DNA from: the human T2T-CHM13v2.0 reference genome, Homo sapiens
NCBI RefSeq assembly: GCF_009914755.1
Contig: NC_060926.1
Reading direction: 5' to 3' (one strand)
DNA length: 64,000 bases
Made by a program: the position numbers and the translations under genes. This document shows, in pieces, positions 26,843-58,250 of the stretch (positions within the stretch are counted from its first letter, which is position 1; each line of letters opens with the position of its first letter). The notes under the pieces are model-generated. The model searched no databases. It was not told where the DNA came from and saw only the letters and a list, made by a program, of their open reading frames with translations.

Positions 26843-28921
26843 TTAAATGTATGAACCAAGATGACTCTACCAGATAAGGCACAGGTGCTGCAGTTAAAAG
26901 GATCTTGGTTTGAAACCTGGCTATTGTACTTACTAGCTCAGAGACCTAAAGTAGTCAAACTTCAGGTTAACATTTCACTTACCTTTTTGATGGGAGGATA
27001 ATAATTACTCCTAGGGCCTTAGTGAGCTTTAAATGATTATGTAAAACACTTAGCATAGAGTCTAACATGCAGTTACGTGCTCGATAAATGACAACCATGG
27101 TAAACATATTTTATACTGAAGAAAGTATAGTTGAAGGAGACAGCCAATATGTGACCCTTTTGTCTTACTAAAGATGGAAATTTGTGAAACTCTACATTAA
27201 AACTAAAAATCCTAAGGTTACATGATTTTCTACTTTTTAAAAAAGATATACTAACTACATAAGGTTAAAGGATTTTTTAAAATAAGAAAGAAAAAAAGAA
27301 AAGCTTCTTGAAAGCTGCTGAGTTTGGGTGATGGGTACATGCTATTTTTGTGAAAATACAAATTTTTTAACACTATTAATCCAATCCCCAAAACATGCCT
27401 AACACACCTCCTCATATTCAGGAGAGATCAAGATTTTAGCCTTGAGATGTACCGAACAATGGTAACTCCCTGCTTAGTAATTCTGTACAGGTCAAGTTTT
27501 CTTGGACGAGTTTACCTTTCATTACAAAGGTGGGCACAGGGAATAGTTATCAATGCATGGAAGGGTGAAAAAATGCAAGCTTTTCAACTGCTTATTAATA
27601 TTACATCAAAATAGCAGCAATGCACATTTTTTCCACGTTTTCAAAAACATAAAATACATCCACTTTATTTACTTTTGAAATTACAAGAGAGTCACAGGCA
27701 CAGCCAAAAAAAGCTAAAGGAAAACACATCAGAGTTGTCAGTATCTTTAAATTTGGAAGGACGTCATTATTAATTCGCGTAAATGTTTTATGCGATGTTT
27801 CTAGGTAGCTTTTAGGTTTTATCACTGATTAACAATATAGCAAACCAGCACAGGGAGAGAGGCAATTTTTCGAAACGCTTAAGAAGCTTTAAACTACAAG
27901 AGCTATGCTACCTAAACTGAGCTCACTAACAACGTAAAATTTCAAGTCACACCTTGCCTATTTCTGAGTAAGCAAGCAAACACTAGTGAGACAAACTAGA
28001 AGCATGGAGCAAAGCAAGTCATTTCTATGCTAACCTTAATTCCTATCGTAAAGGGGTTGGCTCCATCAAAAAATATTCCTATTTCAGTATTAATACAAGT
28101 TTCAAATAAAGCACACTTGCCATTGGTAATTCTGGAGCGACAAGGCGCATAATTAATAAATCCAAACGGAGCATCTTTCTATAGAATGCAAAGCCATCTG
28201 CAGTTTCAGCCTCGGTTTACCCACTCACTATGCATATGCAGACGTCTTTAAAAATAAATAAATAAATACACAAATAAACTTTATCTGGCCTGAGAGATTA
28301 CATCTCTCGGTGCTTCCTGTATATTCTGGAAGTCAATAACGCTGAAGGTAAATTTAACATTTCCAACTCCGGAGAAACGCGAGCGGTAGACGCCAAGCAT
28401 CCGCCCACTGTCCTCTCGTGACTCGGGCTACTTTGACGCACCGGGATGCGGCTCACCTGACATTCGGCACCAACCCTTGCCAGGAAGGAAAACCAACTCC
28501 GCGAAAATAAAATGGGTTCCCGAGGAGGCGTGCGGGTGCCCCCAGAGCTCTCTTCTGCTCACACCCCGAAAGCGAGGGGGCCACGCCACCCCCGACCCTC
28601 GCCGGCGTCCGCCACCTGCCAGACGAGGCCGCGGCCAGGGACCCGGGCTCGGCCGCAAGGAAGGGGCAGCGCAGCCCAGGCCCCCTCGGCGTCTGTCCCG
28701 GCCCGGCAGCAGAGGAAGGAACCCGGGGCCGGAGGTTTCCGCCCCGCACGGCCGAGCCCGCCAGGGGCCTAGCTCGGGGGCCGCCCGTACTCCCGAGGAC
28801 CCGTCCCCATCGTGCGGAGCGCACAGCCGCCTCAGCCCGACCCGCAGAGCCTCCGGACAGCGGGCGCCGCGCCCGCACCTGCCCCGCGCCTTGCTGCAGC
28901 CCCGCTAGCGGCTTCACCCAC

Positions 28922-29155
28922 CTGGCGCCCTCGCCGCGCCTCCCGCACGTCACAGCGCGACTCCGCGTCCCTCAGCACCGGCAGCCTGGGCGCGGGCAGG
29001 CGCGGGGAGACCCTGCTCTGCCGCCGTCGCCGCCACTGCAGCTGGCTTGGTCGTCAGGCCGCCGCCCGCGAACCTGTTGCGTAGCCTGTCACAGCCGCTC
29101 AGGGCTCCGCCGGCGCCGCCTCAGCCCCACAACAACATGGCGGCCGTGGCCTCCG
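28922..29155 (-). other. ITSN2: Non-coding exon 1 (5'UTR) of intersectin-2; TSS position approximate
   Basis: Minus strand ...GCTGTGACGTGCGGGAGGCGCGGCGAGGGCGCCAG|GTGGGT donor. Recognised from memory as the ITSN2 mRNA leader. Consistent with recalled HMGN2 and RPL36A pseudogenes in ITSN2 intron 1. The start codon is not in this window. Confidence 0.78.
29134..29144 (-). promoter_or_regulatory. YY1 motif GCCGCCATGTT overlapping an upstream ATG
   Basis: Matches the YY1 consensus CCGCCATNTT just inside the inferred TSS. Confidence 0.65.
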
Positions 29156-30056
29156 CAGGAAGCCGGGGGGCGGGGAGGTAGGCGCCGGGCCGGGCAGCTG
29201 ACGGCCCGCCCGCTGCCGGGCACTGACTCCCCACCCTCCGGAGCCCGAAACTGCCCGGGCGTGGCTCCTCGCCCCAGGAGTTCCGGGGCATTGAACCCTG
29301 AAGGTCTGCTCCGAGTCGGTCGGGTCCGAAGCGCTCCTCTCTGCCCTCGGGGAGGCCCCGAAGCCCCAGACCTGGCAGCCCTTCCTGGAGTTGCACAGAC
29401 CCACCTGGCTCCTCCTCCCCGAGGTGACATGCTGAGCTTGGGTGGTGCTTTTCCTGCCACGGCAGACCCCGGGGTTTTGGAAAGTCCCAAGCAGTGCCTG
29501 CCACATCCCTGTTGCACCCCCCACGGGGTTCTCCCTGGAACCTTCTCACTCGCCGAAGTTTTCTCCACTGATCTGGGGGAACGAATTCTCTGGGAATTGG
29601 GGGGTGGAAGGCGGGAAGGAGGTTGATCCCACCCTTGCCCATGGGTCTGTTACAGGCCTCTTGAACCCTTCTCAGGGACCTGGAGGACTTAACCATACCC
29701 TCGGTCATCCATTCACCATTCCTCGCCCTCCTCCATAACACACGCGGAGCGCCCACGAGGAGCACCGTCTACGCTAGTCACACTCCGCCGAGCAGTAGGA
29801 AGACTCTGTCCCCATAGAGCATAGCACGACGAAGCTAAACTTTCCTCCCCACCCCTCGCCAAGGGACAGGCGAAGCTCCTACTCAGAATTTGTCTCTTTT
29901 CTCCCCTCCCGGTTCCTGGTCTCCTCACAAAAGACCAGACTTCAACTCAAGCCGCCACCGTATCCCAAAATCCCAAAGGTTTGCCCTTGACAAGAAGCTT
30001 CTTCAAGGGGAAAGGCTTTCTTTTGATTGGGGTGAGGGAGGAGTTAGTGTTTCCTA

Positions 30057-30745
<689 letters not shown>

Positions 30746-32611
30746 AAGACCCAAGATTTATTTTGGCTTTTAGAAGCAGGGTGAGGGCTGGTCTGGGGTC
30801 CAAAACTCATATCCCTTGATTTGATCTGTGTAGATCAAATAACCCCTGGCATCCTTTCATTCCTTACCTGTTGAGGCAGGTGAAGGTGAGATGGCTCCAA
30901 ACCCAGGCCTATCTGAACTGGCCAGCCAGCTTAGGAGGAATTTACCAAACATCGATGATGATAAACAGGCTTTTCCCGCTCTCACACTCAGTGTTTTTCC
31001 TAACTCTTCGATTAGAACCTGACCAAGACCTGACAGACAGGTCCTGAGCTTCAGTGACACAGAGAAGCCTGACTCTTTTATCAGTCTAGGAGGCCCCTCA
31101 CTTGCTGGGGACCAGCCAATCTGTCCTTATCTGCAAACAAACCACCCAGGCCAAGGATAGCAATCTTGAGCACGTGGCCTCATTCCCATTGCACCCTTCA
31201 CCAGTTAACTGATATGCTCTTTTGGAGCCCATATTTGAGAGTCAAAGCCCCAGAATCCTTCACAACATAGTGCTCCAGAGAGTTGGTCTGAGAGGTAAAA
31301 CCTATTTTTTATTCCTGTTAGGCACATAGCTAGTCTTCATTTTTCTCCCATCCTTTGACCAATGTCATTTGTGTTTTCGGGTTCTAGACCTGGTGCAATT
31401 CACCCTGAGTCTCCTTTCCTTCTAAAGGAGGTGCCAAATCCTCGGCAGGACAAAAATGGAATTTGTAGAAAGAGATGCTTATAAAGGAATAAAAAAAAAT
31501 TTAAAGCCCCCCTAAAATAAACCAAAAAAACTAACAACCTCTGCTGGAAATCAGGGTCCTGAATGCATGCCTACAGTATCCCAAGTACTAAAACAACTGT
31601 ATCCCAGAGTTCCCTTCAGAACTTTGAGGCCAGTTTGTCCATCCTGTCCTACTCTATCACAGCCCAAAATGCAAGCACCTCCAGTTATCTATCTTCTCTC
31701 TCACACATACCTCCCACCCTGTGTGATTCAGGGATAAATTTGGGCAATATTAAGCATTTGGTGGTTGGATATAAGGAATGAGAAGCAGTAAAGGGTTCTT
31801 GGGTTTTTGGGTAATGGTAGTTCTATTCAACAAGATAAAGAATGGAATACAGGAGGGAAGCACAGACCTTGGAAGTGGCTGAAGAAACATTTTCCTTGCT
31901 CCTCAACTGCATCCAGATCCTAGTTTTCCACTCACATGCAAAAGCCCCTTCTCCTATGAGGCTTATAACACTAGCTACACCCATCCTCTATCCTCATCCT
32001 TATCATTTACCATCTTCCAGGGCACTCAATATATTCCTCAAGAATTTCTGCACATGGAGCAGCCAGTACTCTCCGCCCAGGACCTTCATCATCCTTAGTG
32101 TCTTTCAGTGTTCATGATTCATTTAGATGATGCAGCCGCCATCCCAGTTCCTTGACTTCCTCTTCTCATAGGGCAGCCTTGGAAGTGTGTCTATACATTT
32201 CCTCCTTAGTATTCTCCAAATCCCAGCATCTTTTCTTTACTTCTGGCACCAGCTGGAAATCAAATACCTGGAGGAGCTAAGTCCTACCATGTTACATTTC
32301 TCTTCCTCTAGTTCTGCCACAGTCTAGGCAAGATTCTTAGACTTGTTCCTGGTGACCTAGCTTTTACCCTGGGAGCGTTTAGTCTCTATCTGTTTTCTTT
32401 TCCATGTATTATTGATCCTTCTCCTCAACCATATGTATCTTATGTTCTATCAATCTCCCCTTAAGTTAGTTTTCAAAGATTCCATCCTGTACCCCATTTC
32501 TACCATGTTTACCCCCAAAACAAACCTGCAGTGTAAGAAGAGTATAGAATAGGTAGAAGCAACAGTTCTAGAGTCCAGGCATCCCATAAGATAAATACCA
32601 TTATCACATAG

Positions 32612-32882
<271 letters not shown>

Positions 32883-33127
32883 TAGTAGAGACAAGGTCTC
32901 ACTATATTGGCCAGGCTGGTCTTGAACTCCTGACCTCAGGTGATCCACCCACCTCAACCTCCCAAAGTGCTAGGATTACAGGCGTGAGCCAAGTTTTAAA
33001 TAAATAATTTATAAAGAAATTAATAGGTTACAGGCAACAAAAATAGTCTTGATTTATCCAGATATTTATTATTTTGGGCACTCTTCATTCTTTCCTGAGG
33101 ATCTGAGTTTCCTATGATAATATTTCC

Positions 33128-33397
33128 CACCTGCCAAACAAACTAACCCTGAAAATGGATGGCACTGGAGGAGCAGAGGAACAGAGAGGAAAGGGATTGA
33201 GCAGATGGCATCATTTCCCATTTTTCAACCCCCCAACCCCAAGTTCCCATCCCTGCAGATGCTCTGCCCTGAGACTTGAAGCCTGGGGCACAGGCCTGGG
33301 TGGAGCCAATGCAGGCACAGATCTTGACGTTCGTAGCAAATATTCAGATGGGAATTTTGAAGGCAGAAGTGGAGAAGAGTTCCACGTGAACAGCAGT
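33128..33397 (+). pseudogene. Decayed internal 28S (LSU) rRNA fragment
   Basis: CACCTGCC..CCCTGAAAATGGATGGCACTGGAG (33128-33170) and TTGAAGCC..GGGTGGAGCC..CAGATCTTG..GTAGCAAATATTCA..TTTGAAGGCAGAAGTGGAGAAG..TTCCACGTGAACAGCAGT (33276-33397) match recalled conserved 28S core segments in the correct order. Confidence 0.85.
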
Positions 33398-34454
33398 AGG
33401 TATGAGTTATATATTTTTTAAATTAATAATTTTTAAAAGACCCTACCATGTTCTGGCCACTAGAAACAAGGACTTCGCAAGGAATGAGCACTGGTGAGGA
33501 GCAGTGGAGACTCAATTCACAAGAATGGTCAATGGGACAAATTTGGTCCTTGGATCTTTTCTTAGCTTCTTGACCTTACAGATCTCCTTCTGGAGTCCGG
33601 GGCAGAAGAAAAGCAGAGAAGTGGAAATAGGAGTGACTTCAGGGGAAAGAGGAGAGAAGGGAAATTCCCAGCCCTGGCATGGAAGGAAGGAGTGTTCTCA
33701 TTATTGGGCCACTAATGTTGTGCATAACTTGAGACTCTGGCTTGAGGCCTGATGGTACCGGAAAGGCAGTACCAGGCAAACTGAAGGGGGAAGTTAGCCG
33801 AGACTTGGGCCTAGGCCAGCACTGCAGGGTGGAGTCAAAGGCCAGACTGGGCGAGGCCCTAAAGTCCCTGGACAGGACGTGTTCATTCATTACCAAAGCA
33901 CCAGGGGCTTCCAGTCTGGCAGGTGTAGCTCAGCGAAAGGGAATCCAATCTGTGTTCAAGAGTCAGAAATGTTTCCTGTCTGGCAGATATGCCCAGCTGT
34001 CTGCTTATTTCATTGTTGCTGTCTGCAGCACAAACCTGGAGTGATACCAGTTCCCTTCTTATGATAACGTAACTAATATTAATGTAGCATTTTGCACTTG
34101 GCAGAGTACTTTTGTTATTTCATTTAATCCTTGTAACAATCCTGGGAATTAGGGTAAAGTGCTGTTTGGGATTGTCTCACTTTGGTTGGTATGAAGAAAG
34201 AGAGGTAAAATCAGGCTTTTGCCTTGTGTTTGGAGAATTTTCCTATGCCTAGTTGTGATTTTCTTTTCCTCATTTAAATAGAGAAACATAGGCCATGCTC
34301 TTCTGGGTTTAGATAGCAACAGTTTTTTAATTTAAAATATACAATGGATCAGATCATTTTGTACTGCTTGGCCCAGTCTGGCCAGGCTTTTTTTTTTTTT
34401 TTCCCCTAGTATTGACATTTTCTTCTCCCAGATAATGTCTTGAGCCAATGAAAT

Positions 34455-34512
34455 GTCCCACTGTGGCCTCCCAAAGTGCAGGGGTTACAGACGTGAGCCA
34501 CCATGCCCAGCC
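34455..34512 (-). mobile_element. Tailless 58-nt Alu 5' fragment with TSD
   Basis: Alu nt ~1-58 only. Flanked by CTTGAGCCAATGAAAT (34439-34454) / CTTAAGCCAATGAAAT (34513-34528). Confidence 0.8.
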
Positions 34513-35074
34513 CTTAAGCCAATGAAATTTAAGAAAGATAACTGCTTAACTGCCCCTACCCCAGCCCTAGGGAAATGGAAATGGAATAGCTGCCCTTGGT
34601 CTAATGCCAGGGGACAGAACAATCTACAAGGGTAAACCACAGGCAAATGCGAGGCCACATTTTGATTGTTTAAATGACATGCTTGATACTTGCCCTGTCT
34701 TAACTTCTCTCATGAAAACAAGATGGACATCTAAAACCTAGAGCTATGAAATCACTGCCCAAAGTGGGGCCCTGCATCCTCAAGCTGGTTAACATTCTTA
34801 TCTGCCCTAGGGAGGAATGGCCAGATCAGGAGAGTTTTCTGCCTTGGGGCTCAGAGAGAGATTAGGATTTGGGTGCTTGGTGCCATTTGCGTTTTCTGTT
34901 TTTGCTTTTTGTGTTGCGTGTATAGAGTGGATATGTTTTCTTCCTTTTCTTGTGCCTATAGTTTAAGGATGTTTAATTTAGTAGAACCATGAAGGAGAGC
35001 AAGAAAGAACAAAAAGTACACTGCTTGCGAATTAACCTCAGAAGCCATTCCTCAACAGGATAGTTTTGGCTTTT

Positions 35075-36705
<1,631 letters not shown>

Positions 36706-36708
<3 letters not shown>

Positions 36709-36926
36709 GGAGACCCCAAGGAGCTACCTGCCCCTTCCACCAAGTGAAGACACAGCTAGAAGGCATCATCTGTGAAACAGAAAGTAGGCCAGCACCAGAC
36801 ACTGAATTTACTCGTGCCATGGTCTTGGATTTCCCAGGCTCCAGAACTGTGAGAAATAAGTTTCTGTTCTTTATAAGCTATGCAGTTTATGGCGTTCTAT
36901 TATATCAGCCTGCACAGATTAAGACA
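36706..36926 (+). mobile_element. MLT1A0/MST-type MaLR LTR, 3' half
   Basis: GAGACCCCAAGGAGC..CCCCTTCCACC..CTCCAGAACTGTGAGAAATAA..TAAGACA. Confidence 0.85.
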
Positions 36927-38089
36927 CTATTTATGTTTTATGGTATTCTTATTTTATCAATTCATATAATTTTTTTATATAAAATATTCAAAAGATGGTT
37001 GTTTTTAAATCATTTAGTTATTGTCTCATCACACAAATTGTTTTATTCTCTGCTTACCAGAAAACATGGGTTGAGTCTTATTTATCTTTTGTTATTCATT
37101 TGCTCATCAAAAATATTTATTGTGTGCCTTTCATATGCCTAAGACTATGCTAAGCAAAGAGGATATTAGAGTAAACAAGATAGTAACATGGTGCCTGGCT
37201 CCATTAAATGTTCACTAAATGTCACTGGATGCTGAAAAAAATAAATATTATGACATAAGATAATGCCATCTACATTTCAGCAAGATTAATTCTCTGGAGT
37301 CCTTCAGGAGATTTTTAAGATTCTCCTACCAGATGAGAATAGTCAGGTGGTTCTTTTCCAAGTTCTGTCTAGTTTCTTCTTTTTCTAAGATATAAGCAAT
37401 AATAGCATTTTTTGGTGGAAGTTATCTATTACTACTTTGTATGACCTGTTTAAACAAAAGCTGGTGGTGGTATCCTGGGAGAGGCCCAGTTTATTTTCCT
37501 TGTGTAATAGAATAGTTCTAGGCAATAGAACTCTTCAAACATAATAAAAATCTCTATTTTTATGATTTTCAGTTCAATGTTTTCTAAGGCTTTTGATACA
37601 TTCAAAATAAAGTTATTCTGGGCAAAGACAGTGATCAAAGCCTTGCAAAGAACAGCTCCTTCAGTGAAATCTACTGAACAAAGCTTCCTTAAGCCAAAGG
37701 CTCACTGTGGTGAGATTTTTTTTTTCATGTGTTTCAAAAAGGAATAAGCCTCACTTCCCATTTCAATAATTTCAGCAGGTGCTTTTCTTATGCCTTTGTA
37801 TAGGGAAACATAAAACTCTTAATTTTGTATGTAAGTGACCAGGTATTTGTATCAGTTAAAATGTTTGGTTGCAAATAACAGGGATCAACTCAAAGGGCTT
37901 AGGCAAAAAAAGAATTAATTATATACAAGGTAAGTGGAGTGTGCCAGTGTCACCAAGGACAGGAGTGGGGCCAGGCAAAATGGAATTAGGGACTGAACAC
38001 TGTCCAGGGACCCTCTCTGTCTCACCTCTGCACTTGTGCTTCATCTTCTCAATAGAGAGAGGGTGGGATGTATAGTGGAGCACAGATTA

Positions 38090-42412
<4,323 letters not shown>

Positions 42413-42437
42413 ATACTAAATTTTGGCAGTGCACATT

Positions 42438-43506
<1,069 letters not shown>

Positions 43507-44183
43507 TAGTAGAGAAGGGATTTCACCATATTGGGCAGGCTGGTCTCAAACTCCTGACCTTGTGATCCACCCACTTCGGCCTCCCAAAGTGCTGAGACTA
43601 CAGGCATGAGCTACCGCACCCGGCCAATTTTTTTCTATATCCTCTTTTTTGAGACGATGTCTCACTGTGTTGCCCAGGCTGGAGTGCAGTGGCACGATCT
43701 TGGCTCACTGCAGCCTCTGCCTCCGGGTTCAAGCGATTCTCTGCCTCAGCCTCTTGAGTAACTGGGATTACAGGCGCCCACTACCACACTCGGCTAATTT
43801 TTGTCTTTTTTAGTAGAGATGGGGTTTTGCCAAGTTGACCAGGCTGGTCTCGAACTCCTGACATCAGGTGATTCGCCTGCCTCGGCCTCCCAAAATGCTG
43901 GGATTACAGGCATGAGCCACTGCGCCCAGCGTGATTTTTTTCTACATCCTTATACCATCCAGCCACTTTCTAGGGAAGAGAAAATCTCAAACTGTGGTAT
44001 TTATGGTTCCACTGGCAAGACTATGTTTATTGAAGGGATGCTACCTGTTTATTTTAGCTGGGTTCCATTAAACTTTTAAGTGACTACCTGCCACTGGTAT
44101 GATTCCAGGGTGAGCAAGCCACATCCTAATTATAAGTTGGTTCCCTGTGTAGGTCACCTCACAGGGAAAGCGTATGCTGGTCA

Positions 44184-44411
<228 letters not shown>

Positions 44412-44756
44412 TTAACACATTGTCCCTGTTTGTTTACCGGGCTCTATGAGTTTGGTTAACATGAGAGATGATCTCAAGTGGGCTGACAAAATGGGGTTTT
44501 GAAGCCAGCAAGGCCAAGAGCCAAGGAACATCAGCAAGGAATGCGTCCTTTAGACTCTTGGAGGACAGGGTGTGTGCAATTTATCTCTTCCCAGCTTGCT
44601 GCACATGGCCTGTCCCCAGTAGAAGCTCAGTGTTCATTTATCTGAACTAGACATCCTTAATAGTAAGGCCCATTTTATAATTGCAATCTTATTTTATAAC
44701 TAATCAAAGCATATGATCACCAAAGTTTTTTTAACCTAAAAAAATTTACTCAGGTA

Positions 44757-49158
<4,402 letters not shown>

Positions 49159-49604
49159 TTAATCTATTTTCTAGGTCTAGAAAAGCAAAGGCGCTTCAAT
49201 ATTTAGATACCTACTTTCTAAATCATTATGTGTATGTGTGTGTGTACACTTGTGTGTGTTTGTGTGTCTGTGTTTACTATTTCAGTCAAATGCTGTATCA
49301 TCAAAGTTAGTTGTATGTGTGAAAGAGAAACTTTGGATTCTAGGTGGACAACCCACTAGATCTTTGAGAAAATATCTATAAATGGAGAATAAGAACATTA
49401 GTTACTGTTTTGCAGGCTGGAAATGTGGCCCCATTCCCTCTCTAATCTTCTGCTAAGCCAGGCAGGACTTCAAGATCAAGGCCTAGGTAAAAAGTAGGCC
49501 TCCCAGGTACTTTACCCTCAGGGTCACACTTTGATTTTACCCTAGGAAGGGTAAATAAAAAGAAAGGGAAACCAAGAGAAAAAGAGCCCTTTATCTATAA
49601 ATCC

Positions 49605-50356
<752 letters not shown>

Positions 50357-50725
50357 ACCCTGACAAATCCACCCCAGGCTATCTCAGGGCTACCTCAGAG
50401 AACCACCTTTTTTTTTTTTTTTTTTTTTGAGATGGAGTCTCACTCTGTCGCCCAGGCTGGAGTGCAGTGTCACAGTCTCAGCTCACTGCAACCTCCGCCT
50501 CCTGGGTCAAGTGATTCTTCTGCCTCAGCTTCTCAAATAGCTGGGATTACAGCCGCACGCCACCATGCCTGGCTAATTTTTGTATTTTTGTAGAGATGGG
50601 ATTTCACCATGGTGGTCAGGCTGGTCTTGAACTCCTGACCGCAGGTGATCCACCCGCCTCAGCCTCCCAAAGTGCTGAAATTATAGGCGTGAGCCACTGC
50701 ACCTGGCCAGAGAACCACTTTTTAA

Positions 50726-50980
<255 letters not shown>

Positions 50981-51832
50981 TGATCTGCCCTCCTCGGCCT
51001 CCCAAGGTGCTGGCATTTCAGGCGTGAGCCACTGCGTCCGGCCAAAATCCAAAGATTTAAATAGGAACAAGCAGGAAAGGAAAGTCCATGGGTGAGCAAA
51101 TGCTTCCAATCTCTTAGGTCCTTACATTCTTGTTAAACTTCACCCTTAGCAATAATTAAGCCCCAAAGTCTCCTTGACGTGTATATTTTTTTCGCACAGC
51201 AAAGGCGTTAGTGTGAGGAAATCCTTGTGCTCCCCCTAGAGGTTAGAGGGCGCATCCAGCACGTCCTGGCAAAGTGTGTGTGGATGGCGCAGGGTGGGTG
51301 GGGTGGGGGGATGCTTGTTGTTTTACTATTAAAGTCAGGAAATCAAGGGTTTTGCATTCTCTCTCCAGGGAGCTTTGCAGAGTACCAGAAATGTCTTGTC
51401 TGCACCTTCATGCGGTTTATTTTTCAGTCTTTGCTTGTTCTCCACCTGGGACTCATGAAATCGGTAGTTCTGCCCCTTTACAAGTGTTCCTTTGATGTAA
51501 TACCCAGGGAGCCAGAGAACTAGGTCAGGACATTCTATCAAGTACAATCCAAGTATTTTTCCAAGTGGACCACCTGCATAAAAATATCCTGAAGAGTTTG
51601 TTTAAGATGAAGAATTCTGGGCCCCACCCCACAACCTTCTGAATTGGCATTTCTGGAGGTGAGGCAATTCTTATGCACATTAAGGTTTAAGAACCACTGC
51701 TGTACCCTACTTGAGAAGGAATTTCTCCCTTCTATATCTTGTTTAAAATTATGCTGTAGGATGCTATAATCAAACCCATCAGACAGGGTTACAGATCTAA
51801 TGAGCCCAATAGAAAGATAACATACGATGCTA

Positions 51833-52138
<306 letters not shown>

Positions 52139-52214
52139 CTAAATCCTCAAATATGTAGAAAATGCTTGTCTCTTTTTTTTTCCTTTTTAAAAAAATTTCT
52201 CCCATTTTTAAAAT

Positions 52215-54900
<2,686 letters not shown>

Positions 54901-55499
54901 AGCTCACTGTACCTGGCTATAAGTTTTATTTAACACTGTTGTTCATGGAAGACATTTGCTGCTCTTTTCGGATCAGCCCAAACTGGGCCTTAGAATGTGT
55001 CATAGGGCCGAGTGGAGTGGCTTATGCCTGCAACCCCAGCACTTTGAGGCGCTGAGGTGGGTGGATTGCTTGAGTCCAGGAGTTCAAGACCAGCGTGGGC
55101 AACATGGTGAAACTCCATCTCTACAAAAAAATACAAAAATTAAATACAAAGATTAGCCGGGCATGGTGGCATGTGCCTGTGGTCCCAGCTACTTTCCTGG
55201 CTGAGGGGGGAGAATCACCTAAGCCCAGGAGGTCAAGGCTGCAACCTAGGCCACAGTCTTGAACTCCTGGCCTCAAGTGCCCACCTCAGCCTCCCAAAGT
55301 GCTGGAAATACAGGAGTGAGCCACCGCGCCCGGCCTGGTCTCTTTTTTTCTATCTCTCTATTTATTATTTCTCTCTAAATCCCTCTAAACTCTGTTCATT
55401 ACTATTTCTATTTCTATTCCTGTGTAAGTCTCCTGGTGATGAATTATCTTCGCTTTTGTTCATACCAAAGTGTCTTAATTTGCCTTCATTCTTTTTCCC

Positions 55500-58250
<2,751 letters not shown>

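Larger units (their letters stand above)
28370..29900. promoter_or_regulatory. ITSN2: CpG island / promoter of the minus-strand gene
   Basis: Abrupt GC- and CpG-rich, repeat-free stretch. GC box GGGGCGGGG at 29167-29175 and a YY1 motif. Confidence 0.92.

Noticed and set aside
28428-29928. Many overlapping Pro/Arg/Gly-rich ORFs up to 214 aa
   Set aside because: Expected from stop-codon scarcity in a CpG island; present on both strands with no domain-like sequence.
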